32,000 nucleotides of DNA from NCBI RefSeq assembly GCF_003577475.1, contig NZ_QPEP01000001.1, positions 81,830 through 113,829 on the forward strand. Direction: 5' to 3'. A model generated the notes under the pieces. It made no database searches. It was not told the origin of the DNA and worked only from the letters and a program-made list of their open reading frames with translations. The position numbers and the translations under genes are program-made. The DNA is from Salinibius halmophilus. GTDB lineage: Bacteria > Pseudomonadota > Gammaproteobacteria > Pseudomonadales > Natronospirillaceae. Within the stretch, counting starts at the first letter, position 1. Every line of letters starts with the position of its first letter. This document shows positions 27,090-32,000 of this stretch, piece by piece.

Positions 27090-27230
27090 TTAAAATGCTC
27101 TACTAACACTTCGAATTTTTGGCTCTTGCAGCCAATTATCTGCTGGTAGAATAGGCTCAATCCCATCGTAAGGCTGTAATGACTCAAACCAAGTTGCAAG
27201 TTCGGCTTTATCTTCTCTATCACTGAGCAT
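27090..27230 (-). CDS. 46-aa micro-protein, copy 2 (MLSDREDKAELATWFESLQPYDGIEPILPADNWLQEPKIRSVSRAF)
   Basis: See copy 1. Only 2 amino-acid changes despite 11 nucleotide differences. Confidence 0.6.
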   Translation of the reverse strand: MLSDREDKAELATWFESLQPYDGIEPILPADNWLQEPKIRSVSRAF

Positions 27231-27304
27231 GTTTGATTAGAACATCTACTGCTTTTGGTTACCAGTTACTACCCAATTCCCTACAAAAACAGTGTTAGTA
27301 ATAA

Positions 27305-27335
27305 CAGCTCAAACAGTATTCCGTGATTAGAGCTG
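27305..27335 (+). promoter_or_regulatory. conserved leader palindrome, copy B2
   Basis: The leader at 27248-27504 differs from the B1 leader at 24097-24353 at only 2 positions. Confidence 0.4.
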
Positions 27336-27504
27336 ACTGGCAATGTTAGACTTGTGGCCCAACTATTCTGCTATGCGTGAGTATACGACCAAGTATCAGC
27401 AATGAGTACTGCTAGCCTTAGCATGTCATTAGCGACCACCGTTAAATAGAGCCAAACAACACAACATGGTAAAGTAATCAAAAATATCAAGGAGCGACTA
27501 GGTT

Positions 27505-28458
27505 ATGAAAAGTAATGCTCTGTTAATCGCGACTCTGCCACTGCTAGTAAGTGCCTGTTTTGGTGGTACGTCTTGTGAGCCAAACGAACAACAAATTTGT
27601 GTCGACGACGAAGAGTTTGCCGAATATCTTCAAGGTGTAATGGATAACATGGTATACGTTGAGCCTGGCGAGTTTATCATGGGCATTAACAACGGCATTC
27701 CCGACGAAGGCCCGCCCATAGAAGTGTACCTAGACGGTTATTATTTATTTAATACCAAACACTCTTGGCTAGGGTTTGAGTTTTTTGATCAGAGGTCTGG
27801 AATTGAAAGACAAGAAAAAGGCCGATTTTCGTACAATCCCGATCCAGACTTCAACAATGGTCGATATGGTTCCGAGTTCCCAGGCGCCTTTTTGTCTTGG
27901 ACCGAAGCTAGTCAATTTTGTCGGTGGTTAGGCTCTGAGACAGGATTGCCATTCGTATTACCAAGTGAAGCGCAATGGGAAAAAGCAGCCAAGAGCGGTA
28001 ACAGTGACTGGATTTATGCGACGGATAACGGGCAACTGGAGTTTGGTCGAAACTTTTATAGTGAAGAAGACTACCGATCTGGCAAGTACCCTGGCGATCG
28101 CTTACCCTCCAAATACTTTCCGCCAAACCCTTATGGCTTTTACGAGATGGCTTTTAACGGTGGGGAATGGATGCGAGATGGCTATGTAGATAACTACCAT
28201 GAACTCGCCGAGCGCGATAATCCGGTTATGTTGCCTGAAGACTTTGGCTTAGAGCCGGGTCCACATATCACTCGAGTTTGGCGGAGTGACTGGTCTTTGG
28301 CACATGACCTTACATTAAATTACATACAGTCCAGAAAAACCGCAGATCCAAGCAGTGGAAGGCATGGAGTCAGGTGTGCGATTAACTCAAGCTCTCCATT
28401 GCCGCAAATCGTTTACCAGCAGTGGACTGGATTGCCTACTCGGCAATCCAATCACTAA
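27505..28458 (+). CDS. lipoprotein with FGE-sulfatase/SUMF1-type domain, paralog B2
   Basis: 317 aa with the same motifs as B1. The stop codon of B1 (TAG) is CAG here (28417-28419), giving a 13-aa tail that overlaps the 3' end of the convergent giant gene by 23 nt. Confidence 0.85.
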   Translation: MKSNALLIATLPLLVSACFGGTSCEPNEQQICVDDEEFAEYLQGVMDNMVYVEPGEFIMGINNGIPDEGPPIEVYLDGYYLFNTKHSWLGFEFFDQRSGIERQEKGRFSYNPDPDFNNGRYGSEFPGAFLSWTEASQFCRWLGSETGLPFVLPSEAQWEKAAKSGNSDWIYATDNGQLEFGRNFYSEEDYRSGKYPGDRLPSKYFPPNPYGFYEMAFNGGEWMRDGYVDNYHELAERDNPVMLPEDFGLEPGPHITRVWRSDWSLAHDLTLNYIQSRKTADPSSGRHGVRCAINSSSPLPQIVYQQWTGLPTRQSNH

Positions 28459-31400
28459 GGTACTCTAGAGGGTTGTATAGCCAATCATACTGTGGAAGCG
28501 TATCATCACTAAAATCGCCCTCAAGATTATTGAACCACTCTTTCAGCTCCAGTCGCAACACAACAGTGCTAAGCCTATTGCGTATAGCTTCAGCGGTTTC
28601 TTCAACTAAAGCCGATTTGACTTCAGCTGTTCGCGACTGGTGCTCGATGCTGTGTGGGCTTTCCAAGCAATGCTCAAGAACCTCATGAAATTCACGACGA
28701 GAGGATACTCCGTTTTTGAGCAAATATAATATTGCCTTTCGTTTTTTATTGAGGAAATCCCAATCAAAGAGCCCTGTTTCGCTAATCAAAAACCAAAGCC
28801 AATTACCAATGACTTCGGGGGGGGCACTTCTAATAAAGTCAATATGCTCTTCAGAGCAACGTTCTACGATTGTGAATACTAAATCGTCCGCTTTTGAGTC
28901 CTTCCACTCTGCATCCCACAATTGTACTTGATCAATAGCCGAGATTGACGCACGAACTAACTTTTGATTAGCTCGGTCGGTGAGCTCATCCCAGAATTCG
29001 GAGCCTCCCGATGCATACACTGCGGCATCGACGAGGTTGTAGCGACCTAAGGTCAAAAGCCCCCATACTGCAGCGCAATAGTATTCATAAACACGCTCGT
29101 CATCAAAAATGTCAGCAATACGAAACTCTGCTTTTTTAAGTTGTTCGTAAATAACTACGAAGAAGTTGTAAATCTGAGCGACATCCACAGCAGCGGTCAT
29201 TTCGCCGCCTCCGCCGACTTTCACTACGAGCTTGGCTTTAAAAGAAATTAAAAACTTACTGGAGCCTCGGTCAAACCCAATCTTCAAATCAAATGCAGCA
29301 CCTACCCCTAGCGCTGCTGTAACAATGTAGCCAAGACTTCCCAGTTCTTTAAACTCACTGTCTTTAATTGGCTCACTTGGCTTGGTTGGTTTATGCCACA
29401 TCAACTTGCCTGCTATACCTGCCGAGGCCTCAACACCGGCAAATACTTCACCGCCTAGGTTTGCACCACCACTTGGAAGGTTAAGGCCTTCTGGTGCGCT
29501 ACCAGCGTAGCTCATATATACGGTTTTAGAACGCGTGTCGCCGTTAGCATTCGTCACTGTTCGGGCCTGATTTACCGTTTCAGTTGCGCCGTTTGTTCTA
29601 ATGTTTGTCGTAGTCGTTGTTGTTTGATTATTTACGTGATCAAGTTGCTGCGAAGCTTGCTCTACCGAGCTTTTGCCCCAAGGCACCCCGGTATTTAAAT
29701 GCACCCCGCCACTTAGGCTTGCCTTTACACAAGCAGCCGCCGATAAAGTAAATTCAACGTCTACTCTTAGGTAGCCAAACTCAAACTCTTGCTCAACCTT
29801 TTGCCCAGTAAAACCATCAGGCTCTTTATCCACAACCGACAAAGCCAGTTGAGTACCAATCGTTTTGTTTGGATGCGGTGCGGCATCCGCTTCTGGACTC
29901 GCCTTTTTAGGTAAAACTCTATTAAAGTAAGAGGCTTGCGTACCTTGTGGGGTAGGCATTTTATAGTGGCTTAAATCGCGCGTATCAATTGCTGCATCCA
30001 GTAAACTACTGTCTACTTGCGGAACGTCTCGCTGCAACTTTGCCTTGAAGGCTGGGCGGTGCTGTAGGTTGAAATCAGCATATAGATTCGAAACCGAAGC
30101 GGGGGACGATGACGAGAACTCGATGTTCCGACATAAAAACTCCCGTACAACTTTGTACCTTAATTCGCGTAACTGTTTTTTAAACTCTCGCCCTAGCAAT
30201 TCTTCATCACCATGAATGGTTCGAAGTGATAGCGCAAAATGCCTATTTGTATCGTCGGCTGTTAACGACTGAAGCAAGGCATAGTTCAATTTATCTGTGC
30301 CAGCAAAACTATGTATGTCACTGAGCACAGAGTCATGCATTGCCTTTAATAAGCTCACGCCTGCGGGGGTCAGTTCAATACTGAACTTTTTAAACAATGG
30401 CGGCTCGTAATTGCTGCCGCCATGATTTGCGGGCATCATGTCGAACGGGGCAGGCACTAGGCTGTCGTTAAAGAACTTTTCATACCCTGTCACCATGGTT
30501 GAGCTGTCCACTGTGATCTCTACTCGCCGGTTAGTTGCCATGCCAACACTAGTGGAGTTGGTTGCTTTACTCAGGCTCTCACCATATGAAATAGTGCGAA
30601 TGGAACCAGCAAATAAGCCTTTATTCATCAACTTCGCTTTCACGGCCTCGGCACGTGCCAGCCCTAGCGCGACGTTATCGTTTTCTTGGCCTTCACTATC
30701 AGTAAATCCCTTTACTAATAGCTTGACACCAGGCTCACGAGATACTTGGTCTACAATCCCTTGCAGCATGGTGTCATATGAAGCGTCTACCAGTGCTGAG
30801 CTCGAAGCGAAGCGTATGTCCTCTGGCGTGCTTAACTCCCAATTACCAAGGCGCTTGAAAAGTCTAACCCCATGCGGGAAATAGCCTTCCATATGCTGGA
30901 AATCTTTCAGCGTACAAAAAACGTGAAGCACCTCAGTTTTGTACTTGAACTTGTGAGCTTTAAACTTAACCGAGGCGTCAAAGCCATTTGAGTTAGGCAA
31001 TTTACATCCGCCTCGCACGCTACCCTCTGCCAAAGCAGCTCTGGCTTTAAGCTCCCCAGCTAGAGCAAGGTTGCCATCTAGTGGGTTGAAATCTGCCTTG
31101 CCTGTGGCTGTGCCCATGTAGCGCAAAAAAGAACCGTTACCGGAGGCGTCCCACTGCATTGGCGGCAGGTTCGCATCTTTTACTGCCGACTTTAGCTCAC
31201 GCCAAGCTTTTTCTTGCCTTGAAGCGCTATCGCCGCTCATGGACATTGAACCACCTGTAGACTGCTGGCTTAGCCCCATTGGCCAGTAAGCCTTAACTGG
31301 GGATTCGCCAGCCCATAGCTCGTCACACTTTCGATCAATTCGGCCCCAATTTTCGTGAGTAATGAGCTGCTCGAGTGTTTCTTCAGATGGATTGTCTGGC

Positions 31401-32000
31401 CCGAATAAATCAACGATATGCTGTCGCTGCTCTGCCCGCGCATCGGTTTTGAAGTGCAAAGCCTGGTTTAGCTTTGTAATACCTCGATCCAGGCTATTCA
31501 AAAACTCAGAGTTATCAATCTTACCCTTCAGTGCCGGGTCGAAGCCATTTGCCGCATTCGCTATAAATTTCAAAGAAATTTGCCCAGATGCTGTGTACTC
31601 TTTCGCAACACTTAACGAAGCGATAGGCTCAGGCTCTTCAGCATTTATTCCTTGCTTACCGTACTTAAAGTTGGCTGGTGGCACGCTACTTTTTTCCGAG
31701 AAGTCCATCGTGCCGTCAGCGGCAAGTGCTCGCCAAAAACCCGAAATGTCAATTGTGCGATCGGCGGGCAACTGGCCATTTGCTAACTTACTAATTGGTA
31801 CAAGAAGCACATGCTCCTTGGGAATTTCAGTACCAAATAGAATGTCGTCGTCCCCTACCTGCTCCGCAGCACCGCTCGCTTTGGTGTTAAAGCATGTAAT
31901 GAAGTCTAGGGTTTCGGTGTTGCCAATCTTGACGCCTTGCGATTGCATTATGGCAAGGAGATTCCCTTTCTTTTCTTCAACATCAGCAGTTTTAGAGCCG
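28436..32000 (-). CDS. giant protein (>1170 aa, 5' end probably outside the window) with an internal OmpA-like peptidoglycan-binding domain and the exchangeable C-terminal domain
   Basis: The reading frame stays open upstream of the first ATG (31948) to the window edge (…GSKTADVEEKKGNLLAI-MQSQ…), and there is no SD before that ATG. OmpA_C-like segment: VKLLVKGFTDSEGQENDNVALGLARAEAVKAKLMNKG...NRRVEITV, at about 30510-30830. It also has a Thr/Asn-rich tract (QTTTTTTN) and Gly/Ala-rich amphipathic segments. Confidence 0.85.
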   Translation of the reverse strand, partial: GSKTADVEEKKGNLLAIMQSQGVKIGNTETLDFITCFNTKASGAAEQVGDDDILFGTEIPKEHVLLVPISKLANGQLPADRTIDISGFWRALAADGTMDFSEKSSVPPANFKYGKQGINAEEPEPIASLSVAKEYTASGQISLKFIANAANGFDPALKGKIDNSEFLNSLDRGITKLNQALHFKTDARAEQRQHIVDLFGPDNPSEETLEQLITHENWGRIDRKCDELWAGESPVKAYWPMGLSQQSTGGSMSMSGDSASRQEKAWRELKSAVKDANLPPMQWDASGNGSFLRYMGTATGKADFNPLDGNLALAGELKARAALAEGSVRGGCKLPNSNGFDASVKFKAHKFKYKTEVLHVFCTLKDFQHMEGYFPHGVRLFKRLGNWELSTPEDIRFASSSALVDASYDTMLQGIVDQVSREPGVKLLVKGFTDSEGQENDNVALGLARAEAVKAKLMNKGLFAGSIRTISYGESLSKATNSTSVGMATNRRVEITVDSSTMVTGYEKFFNDSLVPAPFDMMPANHGGSNYEPPLFKKFSIELTPAGVSLLKAMHDSVLSDIHSFAGTDKLNYALLQSLTADDTNRHFALSLRTIHGDEELLGREFKKQLRELRYKVVREFLCRNIEFSSSSPASVSNLYADFNLQHRPAFKAKLQRDVPQVDSSLLDAAIDTRDLSHYKMPTPQGTQASYFNRVLPKKASPEADAAPHPNKTIGTQLALSVVDKEPDGFTGQKVEQEFEFGYLRVDVEFTLSAAACVKASLSGGVHLNTGVPWGKSSVEQASQQLDHVNNQTTTTTTNIRTNGATETVNQARTVTNANGDTRSKTVYMSYAGSAPEGLNLPSGGANLGGEVFAGVEASAGIAGKLMWHKPTKPSEPIKDSEFKELGSLGYIVTAALGVGAAFDLKIGFDRGSSKFLISFKAKLVVKVGGGGEMTAAVDVAQIYNFFVVIYEQLKKAEFRIADIFDDERVYEYYCAAVWGLLTLGRYNLVDAAVYASGGSEFWDELTDRANQKLVRASISAIDQVQLWDAEWKDSKADDLVFTIVERCSEEHIDFIRSAPPEVIGNWLWFLISETGLFDWDFLNKKRKAILYLLKNGVSSRREFHEVLEHCLESPHSIEHQSRTAEVKSALVEETAEAIRNRLSTVVLRLELKEWFNNLEGDFSDDTLPQYDWLYNPLEYLSDWIAE
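30510..30830 (-). other. OmpA C-terminal-like (peptidoglycan-binding) domain inside the giant protein
   Basis: GFTDSxGxxxxNxxLxxxRAxAVxxxL...NRRVEI is the hallmark OmpA/MotB/Pal motif series. Confidence 0.7.

Noticed and set aside
22931-28458. Diversity-generating retroelement (DGR) acting on the FGE/C-type-lectin-fold lipoproteins.
   Set aside because: The fold is a known DGR target scaffold. However, there is no reverse transcriptase and no template/variable repeat pair in the window. The A1/A2 differences are not adenine-specific and include many synonymous changes, and the variable patch is not at the C-terminus.

Overview
This looks like a gammaproteobacterial chromosome in three blocks.

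(1) 1-9.0 kb is housekeeping: the tail of a bio operon (bioC, bioD), a secreted protein that looks like an outer-membrane protein, rlmM, a small zinc-ribbon ORF resembling the Lar family, a coiled-coil membrane protein, Fe-superoxide dismutase, a PlsC-type acyltransferase, glyoxalase I and a small alpha/beta hydrolase. Two arrays of a 13-nt REP-like repeat flank gloA.

(2) 9.0-22.6 kb holds a degenerate tRNA-like relic, then a complete type I-F1 CRISPR-Cas locus on the minus strand: cas1, cas2-3, csy1, csy2, csy3, cas6f, leader, and a 68-repeat/67-spacer array. A WYL-domain regulator gene sits just upstream of cas1.

(3) 22.7-32.0 kb is the unusual part. Four paralogous lipoprotein genes with an FGE-sulfatase/SUMF1-type fold (A1, B1, A2, B2) lie on the + strand behind a shared conserved leader. 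Each is met 3'-end to 3'-end by a minus-strand copy, orphan copy or miniaturised relic of the C-terminal ~135-aa domain of a giant (>1170 aa) OmpA-domain protein that runs off the window edge. The A-mini-B-CT unit repeats with a ~3150-nt period, and divergence differs sharply along the unit.

I read this as a cassette-type (orphan-module) locus of unknown function next to CRISPR-Cas, and it is the best candidate here for an undescribed system. All functional interpretation of that block is inference from motifs I read by eye.
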